This document shows, one piece after another, positions 38,719 to 49,733 of a stretch of DNA of 49,733 nucleotides (its first letter is position 1; the number at the start of each line of letters is the position of its first letter). The notes beneath the pieces were generated by a model that did no database searches, was not told where the DNA came from, and saw only the letters and a list, made by a program, of their open reading frames with translations. Where the stretch lies: assembly GCA_000320545.1 (NCBI GenBank), contig ADNK01003503.1, forward strand, positions 1-49,733, written 5' to 3'. Source of the DNA: Bigelowiella natans CCMP2755 (Eukaryota; Protista; Cercozoa). The position numbers and the translations under genes were made by a program.

Positions 38719-40362
38719 CAGTAGATAGTGTGATGATGAGTTGATAATATTACCGGATGCAATAGAGGAGTCTGTTTGTCCCTGCCTCGATTTCAACAGC
38801 GTCTACTTTGCCATAAAACACGCCGTGGTTTGGAAACATCTTACACATAGATGTTCCGATAGGAAATCTGATGATGCTGCTGCTGCTACTGCTGCTCGCA
38901 GATGACGGTTTCCTTGTGCTTTCTGGTTTGTTACCAACTGGTGGTGGTATTGATGATGATGATGATACTACTAGTAGCGGAACACCTTCGTCCGTATTCT
39001 TCTTCTTCTTCTTCTTCTTCTTCTTCCTCTTCCTATCATCATTATCATCCTGAGCACTAATAACTCTTGTTGCACTAATACTCCTTGCTGCTGTTGTTGT
39101 CATTGCCGTTGTTGTTGTTGTTGTTGTTGTAAAAGAAGAGGCTGTTATTGGTGATGATGTTGGCCCTCCACGCACTCTACTTCCCTCTCCTGTTCTCCCT
39201 CCTCCTCCTTCTCCTCCTCCTCCTCCTCCTCCTCCTCCTCCTACACTGCCATTCTTTGAATTCTTAATTTTATCGACTTTTCCCCTGTTTAATTTTTTTA
39301 ATTCTAAATTCTTTTCTTTTTTGACGTATACGGGAAATATATGCTTGCGCTGATGATGCAAAGGCGCGGACTTCTCCTTGTTGAATTTGCCTGAACTACC
39401 AGCTGTAGCAACCGTTGCCACCGAATTGCTCATCTTGTCCTTAGCAGATGATACGACATATCTCATCATCACCGGTGATGATGATGATGATGATGATGAT
39501 GATCGGTATTTCGCTGCTGGTGCTAGTGTTCCCGCAGAGCTAATCATCTCAGGACTAGCACTAATGTTACTAGGAGAAGTTGTTGCTGCATTAGTAGTAG
39601 TAGTCGTGGAGGGAGATGAAGTAAAGAATGTTGTACTGATTGATGTTGATGACGTGGCAGGACCAAAAGTAGAAGTAGAAGTAGTAGAAGTAGCAGAAGT
39701 AGTAGTCAGGACACCGTTTTTTGGACACTTGTTCTTATCGGCTGCAAGAGCTGAAGTAGCAGGAACAGTGTAAAGAAGATGATGATAGCCAGCAGTTTGC
39801 TGCTTCATCATCTTCTTCCTCGTCTTCTTCTCCGGTTCTTGTAGTTGCTGTCCATTTCCCTTGATAAGAGGGCAAATAAGAAAATGAATAACCTCTTAAT
39901 ATGCACATTGAGTTGTTGTTCACTGTCATCAGACTACTAATAATGCGTATTGCTACTACTGCTTCTTTGTCTGTTATCACTATTACATACAACATACTGC
40001 TGCTTCTTTGTCTGTTATCACTATTACATACAACGTAATAAATACTTTCACCTCTTATTATCGTCGAGATTTTCTCTCGATACATCTAATATTATTTTCC
40101 CATCAGTTGACCTTTCGTTTTCCTACAGCTTCTCCAGGTTTGACAGCAGCAGCATTCGTGGATATTTCTCGTGCAGAAACTACTGAATAGGGATTGACTG
40201 CTGGTGTCTCTTTTTCATTCTTTTTCTCCGTGGAACATTGCTCTTTACATGTAGCAGCAGAATAATTTAAACTAACACTGTCGATCCTATTGTCAATGCT
40301 TTGCCGTGATGACGACCTAAGCAGCAACAACAAAACGATGATGACAAATGTGCTGCTTTTAT

Positions 40363-40400
<38 letters not shown>

Positions 40401-40720
40401 TACAATCACATTTACTACGGTATCATCTTCGTTTTGCACAATACCGCCAATGACGCATCACTCTTAGTCTAATAATGCAAGAGATGAAGATAGGACACCA
40501 GCCTTGGTAAAAAATGAAGTCAACATCCCCCTCCTCCTCCTCTCTCTTGCTGCTATTCAACTCCAGCACTCACCTCTTGCATCTCATTGATATATATTTT
40601 TCTATAGACTACATTACCCTCGGTGTAGAGGGCTGCCTGACACGGTGGCAGAGAGAGTAAAAGGATTCGTTAGATCCTTTGATGGAGAGGAAACTTGTGT
40701 CTGGTAACTTTGCAATGGTG
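33730..40720 (-). CDS. Multi-exon low-complexity protein with a Tudor-like (PTM/DIR17-type) domain; gene limits approximate
   Basis: ORF 38750-39811 ends FPIGTSMCKMFPNHGVFYGKVDAVEIEAGTNRLLYCIR and splices to YDDGDREDLYEKELIPLV (~38520-38465), a Y.DGD.EDL Tudor-like motif. Other exon-like segments at 40103-40290, 37656-38465, ~37230-37310, ~36850-37075 and ~33860-33962. Confidence 0.55.
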
Positions 40721-40924
40721 GGGTCTCTGATGAGAAAAGAAGAAGTGGGCTATTTGGAATATGATGAAGAAAACTTATGATGATGATGATGTGAGCTTAT
40801 TTTATGAGTATAATAACTCAATAAAGCTTTTCCTATTTAAGTAAATCAAGAATCATCAATTTATCTACTCGAGCATTTTGATGTAGTGCTGCTTCTATGC
40901 CTCTTGTACATCCCCCCCCCCCCT

Positions 40925-41002
<78 letters not shown>

Positions 41003-41749
41003 CTCTAACTCTCTCCTCCCTGCTCCCTTACTCTCTCTCTCGATTCTTTTAGCACCGTATGGTATGAGCTTACGTCCTGTAACCTAAAAAATGAACAATA
41101 TCTCACAAGCACGGCGCGAGCACATGACATATCCGCACGCACGTTGGCACCACGTTTGAACTTGTATCTGTTCATTACCATTCATTACTATTATCATTGT
41201 TTTGTTCGCCTACTACTACAACACACCGCAAGTTTCTCCTTGAAGGAAGTGCATGTCTTGGGATTGCACATAGTACGCATCTAATAGAAAGATAACATCA
41301 TTGGAATGGAAAGGCAGTCCATATGTAAGAAGAGAGCAGCGATTTGGTACCTCATAGAATTTCGCAATGAGATCTGGTCTTCGGACTCTAACAATATCCT
41401 CAGACTCCCAGGTGTATCTGATGAGGAAGGAGAGAGAGAAGACAAAAAAACATCATGTTATTCTAGCAATCCTCGTGACATTGAAAGTTAGAGACATCAT
41501 TTGTGTTCGAATTTTTGTTGCTAATACAATCTGAAGCCCCTCCATCGAATCATAAAGGAATAAGGCCCGTCGTCATTGCCCGGATTGATACTCCGTCGGC
41601 TTATGATCTCCTCCATCACACTCGGCAGTCCTCCGACGGCTTTCCCTCCTGTCAATGATCAAGTTCAGCTGTTCCCGCGTTCTTCCCGCTCACAGTGCAG
41701 TGAATTGTTGCAGCTCGTTTTTGCCAGTGTCAGTTGTAAATCTGTTGTC

Positions 41750-41965
41750 GTCATTGAAAATGACATGCACTTCTGTCTCCAGATCCTTTCAGATGTAGTC
41801 TGTTTGTTTCTTTTTTGGAGTCATGCCATTTTGGCATCCTAGCTAGTTGATCTGCTAGTCACAGTCCTCACTGAAATCAGTTCGAGGCACTGCATTTTGC
41901 ACACTGCAAGTGTCTTGCTACACTTTGGAAATGTAGTTTTTCATCATTGTTTCATTGTTTCATTG
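41750..41965 (+). repeat. Dispersed repeat copy 1 (TpA-mutated), ends in TTTCATTG-type repeats
   Basis: Aligns with ~46715-46975 (AGTCCTCACT.AA..AGTTCGAGGCACTGCA...TTTGGAAATGTAGTTTTT.ATCATTGTT). Confidence 0.75.
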
Positions 41966-42230
41966 GATGAGGGTTGGTGCTCCTTGTGCAAGTCCCACAA
42001 AGACGTCCCCATCCAACACCTTCTGTTTTCTTGTCAAGGAACGTCTGACATCAGACACCGTTTTTGGAGCAGGGTTCGTCACCTCATCTCTCGTCATCTA
42101 GCTGAACCTCGTGATGAGGTTGTCAACCTGCGTGTTTTTTCGTCCATGTCTTCACTGGAAAAATTGCGCTCTTGCTGGTGATGCAGGTGGGCCATCAATC
42201 ATCGTTCATGATGACTGGATGCGTGCAACT
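41966..42230 (+). mobile_element. Non-LTR retrotransposon ORF2 C-terminal fragment (CCHC zinc-finger region)
   Basis: WCSLCKSHKDVPIQHLLFSCQGTSDIRHRFW fits the C-x2-C-x(n)-H-LL-x2-C...R...W motif at the end of LINE ORF2 proteins. Confidence 0.65.
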
Positions 42231-43732
42231 GTGAGTCTGGCTAGCTGGCACATGGCTAGACAGCAAGCTGGCCTAGTGGCAGGAATGAGCAGGCACATGC
42301 TCACACCACTAGACCGGCCCACCTAGCCCACCTAGCCACGCTAGCACGCTGATGACACGTGCAGCAGAGACACAGTCTGGCAGTGTTGTCCAGTTGTGTA
42401 CACATCCACGATGCGCATGCCAGCATGTGTCATTTTGTCCCTTTGCGTGTGTTCTCGTGTTCTCTGCAACGCATGTGCACATTCAAATTTCCACGTGCAC
42501 CAGCTGCGCCACGCACGTCTGGACGTGTCTGCTTGATGTTCATGCGAAGGTGAGGAGTGCACATTGGCACACGTGTGCAGGCAGACTAGCAGGCTTCACA
42601 TGGAGCAATTTGCAAAATTAGTGAGTTTGTGTGAACAAAACTTGTGAAGGCGTTGACATGTTGCTGTCATTGAGCAAGCTAGCAAGGCCAGAAGGTGGCG
42701 CTCACAGAGCCAGAGAGACACAGTGCTCAGAGTGTCATGTGCGTCTGTGATGACACACATCTTTTTTTCTCTTCATTGCACACCGCCACGCACGTGGCGC
42801 AACGTGCTAGCGTGACACTTTTCATGTGGAATCACAGTCCCCATGCGTGCAAGCCGTCTGCGACATGTCCATCAACCACTTCACATGTCTGGATGTGCCC
42901 CCGTGCAACCACGTGAGCACGCATGTGTCGTAGTTTGTTTGGTGCATGTGTGGACGTGAACAGAGCATGTGTGCTTTTCAAGTGCACCTGAAGTGCATGG
43001 GTGCATGTGTTCTCTTTCGATCGTGCACTAGCTGTCAGCATGTGGACTTGTGGTCCCCATGTTTTGACACAATGCTAGAATGCCCAGCTAGCGCGCAGCT
43101 AGCGATGGTGCGGATCGATGTCAGCAATTAACACGATGCATGCGCACCCATGCACCGTGTAATGCGTGCAATAATGTGTGTGCATGTGCAGCATGCGCTG
43201 CTGTGCCCATCCATGGTCTCGACCGTGCGCTCATCTAGTCATGTACATTTGTCTAGATTTGAAACAATGTCATTGTTGTTGTATTTCCATCGATCAACAC
43301 TAGAACACAACGAATGCAATGGTCTACAAATGCTGCCCCAATGTTTCTCTGGGGCATACATGGTAGAGATCATGGCTGCAATCCCTACTGCACACGGACG
43401 CAATCCATGCAAGTCGCATTAATTATAGTACAGAACCCATGCTAACAAATCATGCCTTCACAAAAATATTCTGGATGAAGTCTCAAGGTCTAGCCTTCGT
43501 TACGACTGAGAGCATCATAGCAGTAGCTTATTTCATTTTAAGGTCGCTTGGTTGAGAATACGCCATCGTAGTGGTATTGTAACCAATCGACGAATAACAT
43601 GCCGGGATTTTCTTCTTTGGGTCAAGGACGTGCTGATACATGTAACAATAACACAACCGGGTCAAACACTGAATGAAGTAAATGTATCTCATAAATTAGC
43701 TAGTGTAAAATATACGTTAGGTACATATTGAC

Positions 43733-43780
<48 letters not shown>

Positions 43781-43836
43781 GCACATACTAGTTGTGCGCG
43801 CATGTGTATGTGTTTGTGCATGATCATTACATCCGT

Positions 43837-43881
<45 letters not shown>

Positions 43882-44039
43882 TATAATAATAATAATAATA
43901 ATATGCACATATTACTTGTGCGCGCGCGCGCGCGCATGTGTGTGTGTGCATATTATCCTTAAACTAAACTAAATATCATCTGATGGCATGATATCCAACA
44001 CTGTGTGATTATTTAAGGTGGCTTATAACAAAGATAATG

Positions 44040-44377
44040 TATTTATTACGATAATCTTGCACATTTCGAATGTATTGAAGACGATATTGTGAGCATGGGA
44101 ATCTGCCATTTCCACCTATATTGATTAAATCATATGATAAGGAGTCCACACACACGCACACACAAAACAATAAGACTGTTCATAAATATCATCTTTCTTC
44201 TATGCAACGACATATTCATCGTTGTGGTCTGTCATTTTCTTACTGTTCGTGTCGTTTGATCTATGCTGGCGTGCATTAGATCCATCTTCCCACTCAGTTC
44301 ATCCGTCAAATTTGCGACAATTTCCTGGTTAAATAATGTTGAAGGCAGTAGTAAAAAAAAACCGTTTGTTTTTCCTA

Positions 44378-44411
<34 letters not shown>

Positions 44412-44930
44412 CTGTTTTTCCAAATGCATCGATGATGGTTCTTTTAGCAGGTACCATATGACTGTCGACAGAGTCCATCTTCGTATTCATTTCATGCGTA
44501 TCTGTAAATGGCATATTATATAAATTATAATTGCAAATATTATAATCTTTACTGCTGCTATATAAACTACATATGGAAAATGAGCTGCTGCAGCTGCTGC
44601 TACTATCACTACCATTACCTAGGGTAAGCGCTGCCATCAGATTATTCATTGATCCTTCAGTAAGTTTCACACCACAAAAATATCCCACAACATCAAAATA
44701 AAGCATCACAACCAATAAAATCACAGGAAAAAGGGTAGGACAGACAAGTATGATATTTGGAAGCTTGTGTAATGATCACATTATCATTATCATCAACTTG
44801 AGGATGATTGTGTGATTATGATTACCTGTAAGATCTTTTAGAGTCTTCATATCATTATTAAGACTTGTCATCTAACAACATAGGACAACCGTAACGAGAC
44901 GAGAACGAATAGCTCAACGGCTTTATGTAT

Positions 44931-45016
<86 letters not shown>

Positions 45017-45127
45017 GTGTGTGTGTTGAAGTGAATGCAACCGAGTGCGTACTTTTTTAGTCACCTTTGAATTCGCCCCAAGGGCGAGAGCAGCGAGAAG
45101 AATGACAATTAAAGCCAATAGCACCAT
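44040..45127 (-). CDS. Small multi-exon protein with signal peptide and coiled-coil-like segments, function unknown; 3' end approximate
   Basis: ATG 45127 MVLLALIVILLAALALGANSK; exon-like pieces MTSLNNDMKTLKDLT, MNTKMDSVDSHM and EIVANLTDELSGKMDLMHASIDQTTRTVRK separated by microsatellite-containing introns. Confidence 0.45.
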
Positions 45128-45190
45128 GTTTATACATGTGATGATAAGCACCCTACAATTCAATAATGCACAACAGAGAGAGGGGGGAGG

Positions 45191-45233
<43 letters not shown>

Positions 45234-45727
45234 GGCCATGAGAGAGGGGAAAATAGTGATGGACCCCCGTAAACACAAGTGCGAAATATCACGATATTTA
45301 GAATTATACACAGCACACAGCACACATCACAAAAACACACCCACACAAAAACGTTAACAAGTGCGCTACTAACATATTTTGATTAAGTTGTTTCTATGTT
45401 TAATTTAGGATAAAAGGAAAGCAATCTAAGAGATAGATCAAAAAGATGTGTAAGATAAAAACAACAATGGATATGCTTATTTTTAAGTAAACTTTATAAA
45501 TCGACACACTTCCGCTGCCATTTCTCCAGAATCTGATGGATAATTTACAGTTAGTGGAGGAAATGTATCCCATAGTAGATATAAATAATCATATGTATGA
45601 ATCAATGTATCATCCCATCATCGATATAAATAATATGTAAATGATTCCACATAATACACGATATATGACAGAGGATCCATAAACATGTGTACACATGTGT
45701 GATGTACGTGCGTGTGTTGGGGGGGGG

Positions 45728-45762
<35 letters not shown>

Positions 45763-46165
45763 CATTGATTATTGGGTTAAGTAGTGAGAGTTAACCTCAG
45801 ATATCGATGATTTCTCTAGATCCTCCTTTATTTTCATGTAATCTCCTCCTAATACGAAGTGGACATTATGTGCAATATAACCTGTATATCCTTAAACAAC
45901 TCCTCTGCGTTACAGAGTTGTTTCACTCCCTGTAAATCTTAAATATTTTTGGTGTCTGGTAGTTAATTTGTATTTTGTAAGATTATGTAGATCTATCTAT
46001 GAGGAGGAATATAGAAGATGAAACCAAGCCTTCTTAGAATGTTTCGTCCTTGAAATGATCATACGAGTTGACATTTAAGTGCACGTTCGCATTCATCATA
46101 GACATATTTAGAATTATTTCATTTCACTGAACACATGATTGAAAGAATGGATGGTATTCGTAGTC

Positions 46166-46238
<73 letters not shown>

Positions 46239-46714
46239 CGTATTTGCTCGTCATTCAATGTCCACCTTGCACGTCGCACAAAGCTCCACCCTTTGCCTCC
46301 TCAATCATTTGCAGTCTATGAAGAGTAGTTATCAAAAGCTCATTTGAAAAGTAAATTTATTTTAGTAAAATCTCTTCCCTTCTTTAAATTCCCGATAATA
46401 TCCATTATGTATACCCACTTTCTGGCACAGGCCCTACTCTCCTATCAATTAAACAATTAATGGGAGGGAGGATCTTCGTCACGTTGAGGAGCTGTTCCTT
46501 CTTCAAATGTTAAGACATTATTACTCGATCACTTAGGTTTCAAATTCTCAGCACTTTTGTTGTGCTTCTTGATGTCGTAGGAACCAGACCCGCTGAAATA
46601 TGTAGGTCGAATGCGATAGATGGGGTACCTTATGTGGTTCTTCCCATTGCGAATTTGAGTCTAGATGACGATCTTTTTCATCAATTATCTAGAGCATCAT
46701 TCGCAATGTTGTAA

Positions 46715-46975
46715 GTTACAAAATGACATGTATTTGGAGATGACGACAAAAATACATCCCTGAAAATGTAAAAGTGGCATGCCTTTGGAGTTGACGACAG
46801 CTATATTGTATCCCAATAGCTAGATTATGTCAATTTAAAAAAAAAAACCTGCTAGTTTACTAGTCATAGTCCATGGTAGTCCTCACTAAAGCTAGTTCGA
46901 GGCACTGCACAGTTTCGTACACTGCTACAAAGCCGTCTTGTAACATTTTGGAAATGTAGTTTTTTATCATTGTTC
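46715..46975 (+). repeat. Dispersed repeat copy 2 (TpA largely retained)
   Basis: Homologous to 41750-41965 but with TA at several aligned sites where copy 1 has TG or CA. Confidence 0.75.
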
Positions 46976-47825
46976 CTTGTGGTATTGCTTTATGGCCTAT
47001 AGCCAAACTGCGAGCCACCTCAATCATTAATTAACAAAGCAACAATGCTACAAGCTTGCTATTTTCATCTGGATAACGTGAGCTAGCAAGAAAGAGACTT
47101 CTCCGTAGTAGCTATTAGCGGTTGGGCTCGGGGCATAGTTCGCCTGCCTATTCCTTTTGTTCATGGTTCTAACTCGATCCTTGCAAAACGCAACAACAAA
47201 CTGTACTTTTGGGTAGCGCCTCGTCGCCCTGATCTACACGCTCGTGGATCAACGATTCAAGTGTGTAGGCGGCGTATGGCGTGTAGCGCCTTCGAGGAAG
47301 CTCTTAGTCAGCGGTATAACTATAGTGTACATCGATCGAATCATGCTCGTTTCACCTGTCGCAACCGTCTCTATGGCGTTTAGTACGAGTTGGTACTGCA
47401 TTCCTCACTTAGATTTGAGTGCAAACATCTTATGTGGCACTGCATTACAAACAGCAACGGCATAAACTTGGAAAAGTATAATAAGGTGATCAGCCGCTGC
47501 TTTGCATAGCTGCATTATGATGACCATTTAAAAGATTTTATCACTTCAATGCATCCGGCCTCATAAGGTGATTTCTTGTTGCGTTGTAGTTATCCGCAAA
47601 CCAGCGGCTACAGCTCTCATGTTATATCAATTCGTCTCTGCTATATTGCGCATTTTTCGTGCGATTGAAAGATTTCTATTTCCAGTGATACAAGAATATT
47701 TTTTATAACAGGCAAGGCGGGTGTTGTCGCGTGCATGTGTTATAGCCCCCATGCTAGCATGATGAATCCAGCGTATATATCATTGATAGCAGTGCATTGT
47801 GAACAGATAAAAAATGCACATATAC

Positions 47826-47862
<37 letters not shown>

Positions 47863-48051
47863 CTAAGACTAGAATAGCAAGAAACAAACACACCAAACTT
47901 GATAATAGACTACATTTCCAAAAATGCTAAAAGACATATTTGCAAAGTACGAAACACGGTGCCTCAAACTAAATGCAGAGGATTGTTGGGTGAAACCAGC
48001 ATGATTTAAAATTCGGCAAGCTAGCAAGACATATCTGCATTATTAATTTTG

Positions 48052-48368
48052 TTAACCATCTGAAAACTGTGCTATTGCGCCTGATATTCCAGCTCCCAAC
48101 ACTGAGGCTGCACTGAGAAGTAGCGCGAACGTAATGTTGATTCCAAACACTTTGAGATACAGCCCCTCTTTGCCGTTTCTTATACGTTCGATGCTGGAGT
48201 CAATGGCATGAATGAGCCGTTGGACCGTGAATTCGGAGTTGACGACCTCCTCGAGCCTAAGCATATTTTCCTGGGCTCTAGGTAGCTTGTACTCGCCGAT
48301 CTTAGTCGGAAGGAGTGCAGCGTTGTTTTTTTTAGCGTGGCTGCTATGATTGCTTACGGAATTTCTAC

Positions 48369-48399
<31 letters not shown>

Positions 48400-48906
48400 G
48401 TCGTCCTCGCCATCAAGAGTAGAGGCTACGGTGGAGCGATAACCACTATTCCACAGGGATCCTGTAGCCACCTCCTCCATCGCCTTGGAACGCTCAAACT
48501 TCTGCCTAGTCAGTGCAGCAATAACCTCCTCGTTAAGTGTCATGTTCGCGTACGCAGCAATCCCAAGTATTGCTAAAGTGTAAAATGCAAGGACCAACAA
48601 AAGAACGAATCCTACTATACTGTACGTATCATCGATATCGTTCATAAGAGAATTGGCGAAGACTGTGATAGCCATAAACAATGTCAGGGTCACGAGGGGC
48701 CCAATCATGACTTCCATAGGAAATATTTCAGTTAATTCAGATGCGATCTTTCGATGCGCCGTCCTTCGGAACCGGAGCCACTCGAGCATATGTTCAAGAT
48801 TATCAGTGGGGAAGATAAACCTAATATGATGTGGGATCCGGCAAGTAGAAAGGATTAAGAAATTCGTAGCGAACACATACACACAAAACAGGCATACTCA
48901 AACACA

Positions 48907-48961
<55 letters not shown>

Positions 48962-49614
48962 TTCATATTCTGAGGAAAAAATAAGTTGCATTATTCCCTG
49001 TTGATTGGGTTTTTTTTTTGTGAAGGTTTTTGGATTTTGTCAAACCACAAACCCCCCCCCCCCCCCCCCCATCTTTTTTTTTTCTTTTTATCTTCTCTGC
49101 CATACGAGAGGTCGTATCGGAGGCTGCCTTTCACGTTTGTCATATCCAAAAACGCGGAGAATTGCCATAGGGCTAGAACTGCCCGCTTGATCCACTTATT
49201 CAGGCAGTAGACCAGGAGCGAGCTGATCGGAACTGTGACCAACGGGTAAAGTAGGAAGATAAGCAGCCCGAAAAACGAAGTATCGCCTGTAGGGGGGTGG
49301 CCGCGGAGTGAGCGCACGACGGTCGGCAGGGTTCCAATGACCACGCCAGCAGAGACGGACAAAATCACTGATAGCCAATTCGATTTGGCGCAGCAGGCAC
49401 GCGAAACACAGTCGTTCTCAGAGACCCACTTGTAGAAACTCTTTGTCGTCTCGAGCTGGAAAGAGGTTAGGATCGTGCCGCCGCCCACGTCCTCCCCCCC
49501 ATCGGCTAGTAAGAGTGACTCTGAAAAACTGTCAATCTGACGAAGCCGCGAGATGCGCATTTTTTCGAAAAGCTGCACGGTGAACTTGAGGTTATCGGGC
49601 TGGAAGTCTTCACC
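48052..49614 (-). CDS. Multi-pass membrane protein, PHTF-like / 7TM ion-channel superfamily candidate; 5' part outside the window; exons 49106-49614 and 48052-48820
   Basis: GT..AG intron 48821-49105 joins in frame (..RYDLS|FIFPTDNLEHMLEWLRFRR..); at least five hydrophobic segments; C-terminus LKVFGINITFALLLSAASVLGAGISGAIAQF. Family call is from recalled motif resemblance only. Confidence 0.65.
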
Positions 49615-49733
49615 CTACCCACAGATCAAACGGTTGTATCAATCGTGTGTGGAGATTCCTTCAAAGTGTGTTAGCCATGTGTTCGTTAGGAAAACAATGG
49701 TAAGGTATATTTAATTATTTGCTTTATAAAAAT

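Noticed and set aside
34770-40035. Short intronic tandem duplications (~34790-34860, ~39958-40035) and microsatellites
   Set aside because: Ordinary slippage products, common throughout this window.
44232-44330. t-SNARE motif
   Set aside because: Only a generic heptad resemblance; the gene seems to start with a signal peptide and no C-terminal anchor was found.
45400-47750. Possible gene or transposase remnants in the intergenic stretch
   Set aside because: No sustained ORF or recognisable motif apart from the repeat at 46715-46975.

Overview
Eukaryotic genomic DNA, intron- and microsatellite-rich, most likely from a protist (organism not determinable). Host genes: a very large VPS13/chorein-family gene (minus, runs off the left edge), a Stf0/NodH-like sulfotransferase, a kinesin-8, a low-complexity gene with a Tudor-like domain, a small signal-peptide gene, and a PHTF/7TM-ion-channel-like membrane protein gene (runs off the right edge). 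Between them lie three repeat islands (~19270-28430, ~32280-33140, ~41750-43260) holding a full-length Ty3/gypsy element (612-bp LTRs, ACCAC TSD), non-LTR 3' ends and a hAT-like MITE. Main result: these repeats show near-saturating, both-strand, post-insertion TpA->TpG/CpA (A:T->G:C) hypermutation. It erases TpA, tyrosine codons (RT YxDD became HFDD) and TAA/TAG stops while leaving CpG and neighbouring host genes intact. It looks like a repeat-targeted mutator with the opposite polarity to fungal RIP, accompanied by an accumulation of CTAG-centred palindromes. No gene for the mutator is visible in this window. All counts and alignments were done by eye and should be recomputed; many exon boundaries are approximate.
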